64,000 nucleotides of DNA from Trichosphaerium sp. ATCC 40318 (GCA_038496445.1 JALMLS010000491.1:1-64000), one strand, 5' to 3'. Numbered from the stretch's first letter, positions 1 to 12,836 are shown. Numbers and translations are program-made. Notes: generated by a model from the letters alone, not told the origin.

Positions 1-1961
1 TTCATGTCGTACATTTTTCAAGATTTGTCTCTTGAAGTCAAGGGGAAGGAGGCAGATGAGATTTTTGATGTCTACAGCGTAGGAGAGATACTAGGAAGGT
101 AAGAATTATCGTTATTTAAGCAAATGTGTGCATCAGTGCCGAGATTTTTCAAAAAAAAAAACTTGTTGGTTTTTTTTGAAGTTTTTCAGTATTTTTTAAC
201 CGTTATGTGCGTTACTAGTCGTTAGATTTTTTTTAAAGTTTTTTGTGCTACTCGACCGCTATCTGTTGTTTGTCACTAAGTGTATATTTTTAGAGGAAAT
301 TTTAGTACAGTAAAGCATGCTATACACAAAAAAAAAGGAAAAGCACGTGGCTGTTAAGATTATAAGCAAGAAGAAATTTTGGAATATGAAGAAGACAAAG
401 ATGCAAATACTTCGAGAAGTCGAGATTCTAAAGAAGATTAAACATGTTAATATTATCCAGTACCAAGAGATTTTCGATACAAAGGATCATTTGTACATAG
501 TCCTCGAACTGTACGTTCAATCTCATGAAAGAAGCCAAACCGCTCATTTTTTTCGAATTTCTCCTCTGATAGCTTTACATCTACGCGAAATAATTCATCT
601 ACGCGGACTACGTTTTTTTTTACGCGTACTACGCGAGTAGTAGTTTTTTTTTTTTTTTTTGTTTTGGGCTTGCTTTCTTATTTATTTCTTATTATGCTTA
701 TTTTTTCTTTCAAGTGTTACTGGCGGTGAGCTCTTTGAAAAATAGCAGAAGGTCATCTATATACAGAGTCTGAAGTTCGTAAATTGTTCACACAGATGCT
801 AAAGGCAGTAAACTATCTACACACCAATAACGTCGTTCACCGTGATCTAAAGGTATTGTGATACTTTATTTTGAATGACATTGACATTTTATGTTTTTTA
901 GCCAGAGAATATTCTCCTTGATAAACACGGAAACATAAAAATATCGGATTTTGGATTAGGTCAGTCTTTTATCACGTGACCTTTTGTTACAATTTCTTAC
1001 TCTATTTTAGCACGTATGACTAGCACTGTTAAACATATGACATCTCTATGTGGTACTCCACAATACGTTGGTGAGTAGGATGGCTTAAAGTAAACTTAAC
1101 GGTTTCAGTTTTCTAATCCGTGTTTTCTTTGTTAGCCCCAGAAATCATTCATATTGGCAACTTACCTGAAAAACATACTGGTTACCAGAGTGGCGTAGAT
1201 ATGTGGAGTTTAGGTGTTATTCTATATGTATTGTACGTACTTTTTGAAACAAACAAACCCAGAGCCTTGACCAGGTTTTTCTCTTTCTTTTTTTCTGATT
1301 TTGGCGGTGATGTCTAATAGTTCCTCTTTTTAGATTATCTGGTTGTCTACCATTTGAAGAGAGCGATAGCCAACAAGTCCCACTTTTTAAACAAATCTGT
1401 TGTGGAATGTATGACTTTGACTCCAGTACGTCAAAAATATGATATGAGACCGTGTACTAACTTTTTTTTTTTGCTTTTAGTTTATTGGGAAGGTGTTTCA
1501 GAAGAAGCTATACATTTGGTCCGAAGATTGCTTGACATTGAACCACGTACACGATTGACAGCGCCTCAAGCACTTAATCATCCTTGGGTCCACGGCAAAA
1601 AGCTACAAAGAACACCAGCACGTCAGCGACAGCAACAAACACGTGGCACAGGATTGAACGTATGAGCTTTTTTTTTTTTTTTTTTTTTTTTTTTCACAAA
1701 AAAAAACGTGCCGGTCATGTTCATGACTTGTGCACAACACGTTTTTTTTATTTTTGTCTTATTCTTATTCTGTAGTCGTCACCTAGCTTTGATCGAAAAC
1801 GTAAGTTATCAGCTATTGATGTGTTAACGACACGTGATAATAATAAGGAAAATAATACGAATGATACAAAACGTCGAAAAACGATAACACCTGATGCGAA
1901 AACAAAAAAGCAAAATGGTGTTTCTAGGCCTCTTAGGGCTAGGGCAATCTCTAGCATGTAG
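1..1961 (+). CDS. Chk2-like CAMK-group kinase, duplicate copy (5' part outside window; two homopolymer frameshifts)
   Basis: Spliced exons give VAVKII, VHRDLKPEN, ISDFG, CGTPQYVAPE and VDMWSLGV. Relative to the 9978-12836 copy there is an extra A near 340 and a missing A near 740. Confidence 0.85.
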
Positions 1962-2268
1962 ATTAATGCGCAAAACAAAAAAAAACAAACAAAAGCGCAA
2001 CCCCCGTTTAGAGATATCCTTCATTTTTAAAAAACCCTCCAAAAAAAAAAGGCAAACAAATTTCAAGAAAAACGTTTGTTTTATGCCTTGAAAAAAAAAT
2101 AATGTAATCTAGTGTTGTAACCCAATAAATTAAATCCCCTCTAGTGGGATACATTTGTACAAAAAAAAATTGAGAATCCTGATTGGGACACAGAGATGGT
2201 AAAACAGTCTAACAATTTTTGTTTATTTTCGACTTTTGACAAAGTGAGATGACAATTTTGCTTTAAAT

Positions 2269-3171
2269 TTATGGTGGCATTAATTGACCATTATCACTCC
2301 ACCTCGTACATTCTCCTTCTATTTTATCATTAACATAATTACATTGTCTACACAATGTGCCATTCATATACCACTCCTTAAACTCTCCTTCATGTTTACC
2401 ATTGACATACATTCCTTGTTGCCAGATTTGACCTGTATAATGCCATATTTTGTATTCTCCGTCTCTTTTACCATTGACATAACTACCTTGTTCCTGCAAC
2501 TGATTATCATCGTGCCATAACTTGTATTCTCCATGTCGTTTACCATTGACATAATTATACTGTTCCCAAATATTACCATTCTCACGCCATGATTTACACT
2601 CTCCTTCTCGTTCATCATTGACATAATTGAACTCCTCCATTAATTCACCGTTTGCATGCCACGACTTACAAACACCTTCTTGTATACCTTTGACAAGAAT
2701 ACATAGCTCAAAGATTGGACCATCAAAATAAAAAGTCTTGAACTCTCCTTCTAGTTTACCGTTGACATAATTGCAGCACATTGATAATTTACCATTATCA
2801 TGCCAAGACTTACACTCACCCTCGTGTTTACCTTTAACGTAACTTGCTTGTGCTAGTAATTTACCATCCTCATACCACTCGTTGTACTCTCCATGAAGCT
2901 TATCGTTGACATACCGAGACTTGGAGTGAAGTTGCCCTGGTTCTTCATAGAAGCACAAACATTCTCCTTCCTTTTTTCCGTTTTTGAAAGTCTGTTTCTT
3001 TTTGAGAATATAAATCCCTTGTTTTAGACTGTACGCCTGCCAAATGCCATGTTTTCTTAACGAGTCGTCAAATCGCATTCTAGCAGTTTGTTTAGAGAGC
3101 AGTGGCCATGATATAAACGATTTGGGGTCTAAATCCACTATTTCCTTGTGTAGTTCCGCCGGGAGATGCAT
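2269..3171 (-). CDS. Intronless MORN-variant (YwqK-like) repeat protein with F-box-like N-terminus
   Basis: About ten 24-aa repeats (YVNGKxEGExKxWxxNGxL); N-terminal LPAELHKEI. Confidence 0.9.
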   Translation of the reverse strand: MHLPAELHKEIVDLDPKSFISWPLLSKQTARMRFDDSLRKHGIWQAYSLKQGIYILKKKQTFKNGKKEGECLCFYEEPGQLHSKSRYVNDKLHGEYNEWYEDGKLLAQASYVKGKHEGECKSWHDNGKLSMCCNYVNGKLEGEFKTFYFDGPIFELCILVKGIQEGVCKSWHANGELMEEFNYVNDEREGECKSWRENGNIWEQYNYVNGKRHGEYKLWHDDNQLQEQGSYVNGKRDGEYKIWHYTGQIWQQGMYVNGKHEGEFKEWYMNGTLCRQCNYVNDKIEGECTRWSDNGQLMPP

Positions 3172-3621
3172 TATTGTGCGTACAAAGGCGCACGTACCAT
3201 CTTTCGTAATATTCTATTTATTGTTAGTGTTTCATAGCTAATACGAAAGAAATACGCACCTGCTTGCGTTTTAAAGCCATTACAGTCAAATATGGGCTGT
3301 GTACGACGAATTTGGATTACCGCCAATTTTCTGAGCTGAGAACAAAATTAAGTAAAACGCAAATCCGAGTTGGCAAACTTCTTGTCTCGTAGCAGGTTGA
3401 TTAGATATGTTTAAACACTCTAAAAACTGATACATATTGCACGTGCTTGATTCTTTTTAAACTCATCGTTTTTGTACACTTAGATCGAACTATAGCTACA
3501 ACCAACACGTCGCGAACGCCTACCCTGCTTCGAAGCACAGTGCAGAACAATAATTTGCTCTGGACCAGTACACATGTGAGTCATAGTTCTACAATTGGTA
3601 ACTAAAATACAATCTAACAAC

Positions 3622-3996
3622 ATGTTGCGATCCCTTTTACTGCTTTCCTTACTCTCACTTGCATACGGCCGTATCGCTTACGTCTCAAAGGACATGTCTT
3701 ACAGCCAAAATTCGAAATGGTACGCAGGTTAACCCTATAGGAGTACCAATTCATAATTATACGTTTGCAGGGATAAAGACAACCTGGTAGCAGGATTACC
3801 ACATTACGAGGAAGCAATACAGGAAGATAACCAAGACGAAGCAGTCCAATACGAAGACTACGACGCAACACAGCAATCTCCTGCAATTCAGTCATCAATA
3901 ACGTTTTTACTGTACATAGCAGCACTTTGCCTATCAATGTATGCACAACACCTGTAATATCCTGGACACAGGTATCTTGTGGAGTTAAATCTCTAA
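3622..3996 (+). CDS. Small secreted or membrane protein (3 exons; signal peptide, acidic middle, hydrophobic C-terminus)
   Basis: Splicing gives MLRSLLLLSLLSLAYG...EEAIQEDNQDEAVQYEDYD...ITFLLYIAALCLSMYLVELNL*. GT-AG sites are retained in the inverted copy. Confidence 0.6.
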
Positions 3997-4173
3997 TAAA
4001 AACAATTGTAACAAATAAATGCAAACACGTGGCAACAAGCGTCACTGGTCATGAAAACGAAGTCCAAATGAAAGCAATGAACATATTTACAGCGTGCGAC
4101 TTGTGAGCTGTAGAAAGATCGGGTTTAAGCCAATAACGTCCTATATTTTCACTATAATCATACAAGACAGCTA

Positions 4174-4495
4174 ATGGCGACGGTTGATACAAGTAAGCTC
4201 ATTGTAGTGTAATATAACGGACTAATAGCGGTTAAATAGCCTTACTCGCCACAAATGTCACTAGCGCTCCAGGAAATCATGGTTAGTGAACGCATTGATA
4301 ATCTCAGGGCTAATTACGCATTTAGGCCCAGCATCAGTAGCATCAATTACCATTCTTGTCGTGTTCCTTCTATTCTCACTCTGCGGTGCTTTGGCAGCGA
4401 TAATAACGTTTTTCGTGCTTGAAAACAAACGATCAACGACAAACATTGAGCGAAGGGAAACCTACACAGACGTACCTTACGAACTTATCCTGTAG
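4174..4495 (+). CDS. Small single-pass membrane protein (may continue to about 4757)
   Basis: Splicing gives MATVDTTLLATNVTSAPGNHG-PASVASITILVVFLLFSLCGALAAIITFFV-LENKR...YTDVPYELIL. Confidence 0.55.
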
Positions 4496-5138
4496 CGCGA
4501 GAAAATCTGTAAGCAATTTCAAATGGGCCTACAACAACCTTAAATGTGCTTGAAACGCACTTTACAAGCGCTAGAACAATATTTTGGCAGCTTTGGCGGA
4601 TTCCACCAAACAGTTGACTTCTATTCGTCCAACTACGCGTGAACCATACGCAACAGCTACCATCAATGCCATACATGAAACAATTCAAGTGTATGGCACT
4701 TTGGCACCCAAACAAATCAAAATTCATGAAAAACACAAACCAACACAAGAACAATAAATTTGATTTTTTTTTTTGCTAGAACAAGCTTAACGCAATTATT
4801 AAACCAATTTTGTAAATACGCACCGTCATAATAGTCCTTCGCGCTGCGCCTGTCTAAATACTAGTTCTTTTATTTGCTCGAGTTTTTGCTCAGGTTTTGG
4901 CGTTACAGGCGCAATCTCATTTATTAGGCTTGTGAGTTGATCAGCACTATCCATTGCAATCCTTTACAACACGTTTAGACAATTAGTCCCTTTGACAACC
5001 TAGAAATGATCGCCACTGATCAACGCGTTATCTATTGCTTCTGTCAATAGCCTCTGCACAGCGTACTCGCTGCCTTAATGAAATTAAGTAGGGTGTGCGT
5101 AAAACTTGTGCTCAAGATAAACATAACAACAACTCACC

Positions 5139-5452
5139 ATGACCCGTGGAAATCAACGCGATACAGACAGAAAACGAGCTGCAGCACGTAATGCAAAAAA
5201 TAAGAACAAGAGAGGTGGCAAAGGAAAGGGCCAGGAAACAAAGAAAAGGATGATGACGTACGTCAACAAAATTGAATATTAAACTGCTTTTTTGATTTCT
5301 TTAAAAAGCCTTTTTTGTAACGCAAGCACGCAATTAATCTCCGTACTAGAGACGCCGAAATAATGAGAGCAAAGCAGGCAGCTGCTAATGCGAAGAGGGA
5401 AGAAGCTAACAAAGTCCAACAAAAAGCATCGAAGAACCAGCGCAAGAAGTAA
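5139..5452 (+). CDS. SERF: SERF/4F5 family small EDRK-rich factor (2 exons)
   Basis: MTRGNQRD...RAAARNAK...DAEIMRAKQ family signature. Confidence 0.92.
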
Positions 5453-5688
5453 AGAACAACCCCTGTGTTAACGTAATTGTAAAATGTGAAAAATAAAACC
5501 TATAAACTTGTGCCATCAAAAGCTGAACTGCTCATAGTACGCTCAAAGTCACGACGTCTTCAATCTCACCAGGAGCTTTTCGTGCGCAGAAATATTGCGG
5601 TTTTGGTTTTTTTTTCAAACAGTCAAAGGCACCAAAGCCAAAAAAATAGCCAGTCTTGCTTTTTTATCCAACCACAACAGTAAGCAGC

Positions 5689-6931
5689 ATGTTTATCACT
5701 AACAGAATTGTCTTCTCCGTCGGTGGGATTTTCAAAGAGATTGGTAATGGCCTTGAGCGCTTTGGAATGCGTATACAAGGAAACTTTGCGTGCACAGAAC
5801 AATGTAAGTAGCGATAAAACAGAGTAATTGTTGTATTGAAGTAATTGGTTAATAATCTAATATCCGCCCAGTATCTAGACATAGACGAGTGGTAAGAATT
5901 GGAACATACACGGTACGGTCTTGGAGAACGCGCCGAATTTGTTTTAAACACACATAATAACACTGCGCACAGCCAAAAATCGGTACAGGCACATTTATTG
6001 CACCAAACGCCTGTGTTATCGCAAACGTCGAGCTTGGTGACAACAGTAGCGTATGGTATGGTGCTGTAGTACGTGGAGACGTGAACACTATAAAGATTGG
6101 CAAAAACACAAGCATTTGCGAGAGGACTTCAGTACACGTATGTTCGGTTCCATTTTTCACTTCTTTGCCGTCTATACGTTGATTATAAGGCTACAAAACA
6201 AAAAAAATGAACGCTCAAAGAAATAAAAAAACCCAACCAATCTTCGTTACTGATGACCTTCAAAAGGTTTCTAGATCGGATAATATAAGAACAGGTTCTC
6301 CTTGCTTGATTGGTGACAATGTAACAATTGGTACGCTTAGACGTCACTAACAGCCTGTCATAAGCTCATAAAATTATAGGCCAAGCTTGTGTCATTCATG
6401 GATGTACTATTGGTGATAACAGCCTCATTGAAGAAGGTACAAATCATAGCGCTTTTTTTTTCTCTTTTTTTTTTTTTAATGCAGTTCTGACGTCCTTGTA
6501 GGCGTCACACTCTTGGATGGTGTTCAAGTAAGCAGTGGTAGTATTGTAGCTGCTGGATCTGTCGTTTTGGGTGGCACTGTTATCCCAGCAGGCGAGGTAC
6601 ACTAATCTTTTTATTTCACGTTTTTTGTTTGTAAAAAAAAGCATGTTTAAATACGTAACAACACTGTAAAACGCTCTTATAAATACCATGCTACTTGCAC
6701 AGCAACCCGTACTTACTTTGGTAGAAATGGGGAGGAGCTCCAGCCAAATCACTTGGAAAGCTAACCGATGCTGATGTAACCCGTATCAAGGACACTGCCG
6801 CAAACTATTTAGAACTTGCTGTAAAGCATGACGAGAACCATATGCTTACACCATATGAACATATGCGTAATGAATATGACGCAAGATCAGGCGTAGGACG
6901 CGAAGAACACAACCCAGAAAAGTACTTTTAA
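5689..6931 (+). CDS. Mitochondrial gamma-carbonic anhydrase-like protein (complex I CA module), multi-exon
   Basis: LSRHRRVV, FIAPNACVIANVELGDNSSVWYGAVVRGDVN and IHGCTIGD hexapeptide repeats. Confidence 0.92.
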
Positions 6932-7449
6932 ACGTTGGAAATGAATGAGATAATCCCTCGTGTAAAACAAATTATAAATTGGCATCTTTTTTCTCTATCA
7001 AACATAATCTCTCTCTACAATTGAAAAATGGATCAGCCAAAAAAAAACCGCTTGGTATGTATGCAGCACACGCAGAAAAAAATAAAAAAAAAAAACAATG
7101 TCAGAATGCTAAGCGATAGTCCATTCTTTTCTTATCAACAAAATCGTAATAATAATGCGACTTTTGGCTTGTTCTAGCATCAGAATTTATTGTTCTTGTG
7201 TTGGTTTGTGTTTTTCATGAATTTTGATTTGTTTTGGGTGCCAAAGTGCCATACACTTGAATTGTTTCATGTATGGCATTGATGGTAGCTGTTGCGTATG
7301 GTTCACGCGTAGTTGGACGAATAGAAGTCAACTGTTTGGTGGAATCCGCCAAAGCTGCCAAAATATTGTTCTAGCGCTTGTAAAGTGCGTTTCAAGCACA
7401 TTTAAGGTTGTTGTAGGCCCATTTGAAATTGCTTACGGATTTTCTCGCA

Positions 7450-7771
7450 CTACAAAATAAGTTCGTAAGGTACGTCTGTGTAGGTTTCCCTTCGCTCAAT
7501 GTTTGTTGTTGATCGTTTGTTTTCAAGCACGAAAAACGTTATTATCGCTGCCAAAGCACCACAGAGTGAGAATAGAAGGAACACGACAAGAATGGTAATT
7601 GACGCTACTGATGCTGGGCCTAAATGCGTAATTAGCCCTGATATTACCAATGCGTTCACTAACCATGATTTCCTGGTGCGCTAGTGACATTTGTGGCGAG
7701 TAAGGCTATTTAACCGCTATTAGTCCGTTATATAACACTACAATGAGCTTACTTGTATCAACCGTCGCCAT
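7450..7771 (-). CDS. Duplicate of the small single-pass membrane protein at 4174-4495
   Basis: Inverted copy with splice sites retained. Confidence 0.55.
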
Positions 7772-7947
7772 TAGCTGTCTTGTATGATTATAGTGAAAAT
7801 ATAGGACGTTATTGGCTTAAACCCGATCTTTCTGCGGTCGCAAGTCGCACGCTGTAAATATGTTCATTACTTTCATTTGGACTTTGTTTTCATGACCAGT
7901 GACGCTTGTTGCCACGTGTTTGCGTTTATTTGTTACAATTGTTTTTA

Positions 7948-8322
7948 TTAGAGATTTAACTCCACAAGATACCTGTGTCCAGGTTATTACAGGTGTTGTG
8001 CATACATTGATAAGCAAAGTGCTGCTATGTACAGTAAAAACGTTATTGATGGCTGAATTGCAGGAGATTGCTGTGTTGCGTCGTAGTCTTCGTATTGGAC
8101 TGCTTCGTCTTGGTTATCTTCCTGTATTGCTTCCTCGTAATGTGGTAATCCTGCTACCAGGTTGTCTTTATCCCTGCAAACGTATAATTACGAATTGGTA
8201 CTCCTATAGGGTTAACCTGCGTACCATTTCGAATTTTGGCTGTAAGACATGTCCTTTGAGACGTAAGCGATACGGCCGTATGCAAGTGAGAGTAAGGAAA
8301 GCAGTAAAAGGGATCGCAACAT
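7948..8322 (-). CDS. Duplicate of the small secreted protein at 3622-3996
   Basis: Inverted copy with an intact spliced frame. Confidence 0.6.
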
Positions 8323-8771
8323 GTTGTTAGATTGTATTTTAGTTATCAATTGTAGAACTATTATGACTCACATGTGTACTTGTCCTGAGCAAATTATTGT
8401 TCTGCACTGTGCTTCGAAGCAGGGTAGGCGTTCGCAACGTGTTTATTGTAGCGATAGTTCGATGTAAGTGTACGAAAAACGATGAGTGTAAAAAGAATCA
8501 AGCACGTGCAATATGTATCAGTTTTTAGAGTGTTTAAACATATCTAATCAAGCCTGGTACGAGACAAGAAGTTTGCCAACTCGGATTTGCATTGTACTTA
8601 ATTTTGTTCTGGCTCAGAAAATTGGCGGTAATCCAAATTCGCCGCAACCATATTTGACTATAATGGCTTTAAAACGCAAGCAGGTGCGTATTTCTTTCGT
8701 ATTAGCTATGAAACACTAACAATAAATAGAATATTGCGAAAGATGGTACATGCGCCTTTGTACGCACAATA

Positions 8772-9674
8772 ATGCATCTCCCGGCGGAACTACACAAGGA
8801 AATAGTGCATTTAGACCCCAAATCGTTTATTTCATGGCCACTGCTCTCTAAACAAACTGCTAGAATGCGATTTAACGACTCGTTAAGAAAACATGGCATT
8901 TGGCAGGCGTACAGTCTAAAACAAGGGATTTATATTCTCAAAAAGAAACAGACTTTCAAAAACGGAAAAAAGGAAGGAGAATGTTTGTGCTTCTATGAAG
9001 AACCAGGGCAACTTCACTCCAAGTCTCGGTATGTCAACGATAAACTTCATGGAGAGTACAACGAGTGGTATGAGGATGGTAAATTACTAGCACAGGCAAG
9101 TTACGTTAAAGGTAAACACGAGGGTGAGTGTAAGTCTTGGCATGATAATGGTAAATTATCAATGTGCTGCGATTATGTCAACGGTAAACTAGAAGGAGAG
9201 TTCAAGACTTTTTATTTTGATGGTCCAATCTTTGAGCTATGTATTCTTGTCAATGGTATACAAGAGGGTGTTTGTAAGTCGTGGCATGCAAACGGTGAAT
9301 TAATGGAGGAGTTCAATTATGTCAATGATGAACGAGAAGGAGAGTGTAAATCATGGCGTGAGAATGGTAATATTTGGGAACAGTATAATTATGTCAATGG
9401 TAAACGACATGGAGAATACAAGTTATGGCACGATGATAATCAGTTGCAGGAACAAGGTAGTTATGTCAACGGTAAAAGAGACGGAGAATACAAAATATGG
9501 CATTATACAGGTCAAATCTGGCAACAAGGAATGTATGTCAATGGTAAACATGAAGGAGAGTTTAAGGAGTGGTATATGAATGGCACATTGTGTAGGCAAT
9601 GTAATTATGTTAATGATAAAATAGAAGGAGAATGTACGAGGTGGAGTGATAATGGTCAATTAATGCCACCTTAA
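8772..9674 (+). CDS. Intronless F-box-like MORN-variant repeat protein, second copy
   Basis: 300 aa; a few substitutions relative to 2269-3171. Confidence 0.9.
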   Translation: MHLPAELHKEIVHLDPKSFISWPLLSKQTARMRFNDSLRKHGIWQAYSLKQGIYILKKKQTFKNGKKEGECLCFYEEPGQLHSKSRYVNDKLHGEYNEWYEDGKLLAQASYVKGKHEGECKSWHDNGKLSMCCDYVNGKLEGEFKTFYFDGPIFELCILVNGIQEGVCKSWHANGELMEEFNYVNDEREGECKSWRENGNIWEQYNYVNGKRHGEYKLWHDDNQLQEQGSYVNGKRDGEYKIWHYTGQIWQQGMYVNGKHEGEFKEWYMNGTLCRQCNYVNDKIEGECTRWSDNGQLMPP

Positions 9675-9977
9675 ATTTAAAACAAAATTGTCACCTCACT
9701 TTGTCAAAAGTCGAAAATAAACAAAAATTGTTAGATTCTTTTACCATCTCTGTATCCCATTCAGGATTCTCAAATTTTTTTTGTACAAATGTATCCCACT
9801 GTAGGGGATTTAATTTATTGGGTTACAACACTAGATTACATTATTTTTTTTTCAAGGTAAAAACAAACGTTTTCCCTTTTTTTTTTGTTTTTTTTTTTGG
9901 AGGGTTTATTAAAAATGAAGGTTATCTCTAAACGGGGGTTGCGCTTTTGTTTGTTTTTTTTTGTTTTGCGCATTAAT

Positions 9978-12836
9978 CTACATGCTAGAGATTGCCCTAG
10001 CCCTAAGAGGCCTGGAAACACCATTTTGCTTTTTTGTTTTCGCATCAGGTGTTATCGTTTTTCGACGTTTTGTATCATTCGTATTATTTTCCTTATTATT
10101 ATCACGTGTCGTTAACACATCAATAGCTGATAACTTACGTTTTCGATCAAAGCTAGGTGACGACTACAGAATAAGAATAAGACACAAAAAGAAAAAAAAC
10201 GTGTCGTGCACAAGTCATGAACATGACCGGCACGTTTTTTTTTTGGTTCAGAAAAAAAAAAAAAAAAGAAAAAAAAAGAACTCATACGTTCAATCCTGTG
10301 CCACGTGTTTGTTGCTGTCGCTGACGTGCTGGTGTTCTTTGTAGCTTTTTTCCGTGGACCCAAGGATGATTAAGTGCTTGAGGCGCTGTCAATCGTGTAC
10401 GTGGTTCAATGTCGAGCAATCTTCGGACCAAATGTATAGCTTCTTCTGAAACACCTTCCCAATAAACTAAAAGCAAAAAAAAAGTTAGTACACACCGTCT
10501 CATATCATATTTTGACGTACTGGAGTCAAAGTCATACATTCCACAACAGATTTGTTTAAAAAGTGGTACTTGTTGGCTATCACTCTCTTCAAATGGTAGA
10601 CAACCAGATAATCTAAAAAGAGGAGCTGTTAGACATCACAGTCAAAATCAGAAAAAAAGAGAAAAAATTATCAAGGCTCTGGGTTTGTTTGTTTCAAAAA
10701 GTACGTACAATACATATAGAATAACACCTAAACTCCACATATCTACACCACTCTGGTAGCCAGTATGTTTTTCAGGTAAGTTGCCAATATGAATGATTTC
10801 TGGGGCTAACAAAGAAAACACTGATTAGAAAACTGAAACCGTTAAGTTTACTTTAAGCCATCCTACTCACCAACGTATTGTGGAGTACCACATAGAGATG
10901 TCATATGTTTAACAGTGCTAGTCATACGTGCTAAAATAGAGTAAGAAATTGTAACAAAATGTCACGTGATAAAAGACTGACCTAATCCAAAATCCGATAT
11001 TTTTATGTTTCCGTGTTTATCAAGGAGAATATTCTCTGGCTAAAAAACATAAAATGTCAATGTCATTCAAAATAAAGTATCACAATACCTTTAGATCACG
11101 GTGAACGACGTTATTGGTGTGTAGATAGTTTACTGCCTTTAGCATCTGTGTGAACAATTTACGAACTTCAGACTCTGTATATAGATGACCTTCTGCTATT
11201 TTTTCAAAGAGCTCACCGCCAGTAACACTTGAAAGAAAAAATAAGCATAATAAGAAATAAATAAGAAAGCAACCCCAAAACAACAAAAAAAAAAAAAATC
11301 AACTACGCGTAGTACGCGTAAAAAAAAAACGTAGTCCGCGTAGATGAATTATTTCGCGTAGATGTAAAGCTATCAGGAGAAATTCGAAAAAAATGAGCGG
11401 TTTGGCTTCTTTCATGAGATTGAACGTACAGTTCGAGGACTATGTACAAATGATCCTTTGTATCGAAAATCTCTTGGTACTGGATAATATTAACATGTTT
11501 AATCTTCTTTAGAATCTCGACTTCTCGAAGTATTTGCATCTTTGTCTTCTTCATATTCCAAAATTTCTTCTTGCTTATAATCTTAACAGCCACGTGCTTT
11601 CCTGTTTTTTTGTGTATAGCGTGCTTTACTGTACTAAAGTTTCCTCTAAAAATATACACTTAGTGACAAACAACAGATAACGGTCGAGTAGCACAAAAAA
11701 CTTTGAAGAAAAAAATCTAACGACTAGTAACGCACATAACGGTTAAAAAAATACTGAAAAACTTCAAAAAAAAAACAGTTTTTTTTTTTGAAAAATCTCA
11801 GCACTGATGCACACACATTTGCTTAAATAATGATAATTCTTACCTTCCTAGTATCTCTCCTACGCTGTAGACATCAAAAATCTCATCTGCCTCCTTCCCC
11901 TTGACTTCAAGAGACAAATCTTGAAAAATGTACGACATGAAGTCTACAACGTGAGTAAATACAAACCTGCTATAACAATAAAACAATTTCAAAGCGTATT
12001 TTGGATTTTAACGCGCGCCAAAAAAATAAAAACGCAAAAAAGCAAAAGAAGACGTTACTGGGAGTTTTTCATGTCTTCCGGCATTTTTGAGATGGTACAT
12101 TGCGCTTGTGAACTTTTTGCGGGCTTTGGTTTCAAAAAAAAAAAATTTGTGTACGCGAATGAGCTTTTGGTGTCTAGTACCTTCTGTATCATCGTTGCTT
12201 GTTACGAACGTAATCTTATCGCCGTTGCGTAATTCTACACGTTTGTGCTTTCCCAATTTATTGCCATTGATGAAAGTGCCGTTAGAGCTTTTTTTGCGGT
12301 TAGCGAGACATAATATAGGATTTGGAAAGAATGCTCGCTTGAGTCTGCAATATTTTTGAATTTAAATATTTTTAAATTTTGGAACCGTCCAATTGAAGAG
12401 GTTTAGGTAACGTGAATGAGGGATGGTAAAGTGGCTGTTTAGCGCGGTTTTTTTTGAAAAGTACCTTAAATCTTCAATATAAAATGATCCTTTGGTAGCA
12501 CTGACAGGATCAGAGCCTGCTCTGTACAATTTACAGTGTTTACCAGAGATCTGAGGTTCTTCGAAAACAACGTCGCATTCGGGTCTACGACCGAGTAGCA
12601 GCTCTTTATCAGGTAGTAGAAGATTGGAGTACTAAAAAAAAATTAATTTAGCCAAACACAAGCGCTACAGGGTTAATTTTCAATTAGCGGATAAAAAAAC
12701 CCGCTGTGTGGTGTCTCAGTGCGCCTACCTTAGGGTTTTTAGATACTAAACAGCCATAGTAGTCGTTTAAACTCGCTTGAGAGTAAGGCTGTGTAGAAGG
12801 GAAGCTCTCGGTCAAATTATCATCCATGGAGGCCAT
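9978..12836 (-). CDS. FHA-domain Ser/Thr kinase, Chk2/Cds1-like (or amoebozoan FHK family), multi-exon
   Basis: N-terminal TQ/SQ (STQPYSQ), FHA motifs GRRPECD, ISGKHC and SSNGTFING, followed by a complete kinase domain and a basic tail. Confidence 0.9.

Larger units (their letters stand above)
1..4786. repeat. Left arm of large inverted duplication (partner 7167-11941; may extend left of the window)
   Basis: Base 1 (ttcatgtcgtac) is the reverse complement of sequence ending at 11941. The inner ends gctagaacaagc (to 4786) and gcttgttctagc (from 7167) match. Paired ORFs (300 aa, 143 aa, 69 aa) differ by only a few substitutions. Confidence 0.97.
7167..11941. repeat. Right arm of large inverted duplication
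   Basis: Reverse complement of 1-4786 with scattered SNPs and homopolymer indels. Confidence 0.97.

Noticed and set aside
2269-3171. Bacterial contamination or a YwqJK-type toxin-antitoxin operon
   Set aside because: Embedded among intron-containing genes in both arms, with no adjacent toxin gene.
3614-4045. 143-aa minus-strand ORF (and its mirror 7899-8330)
   Set aside because: Antisense shadow of the spliced plus-strand gene at 3622-3996; non-ATG start and implausible composition.
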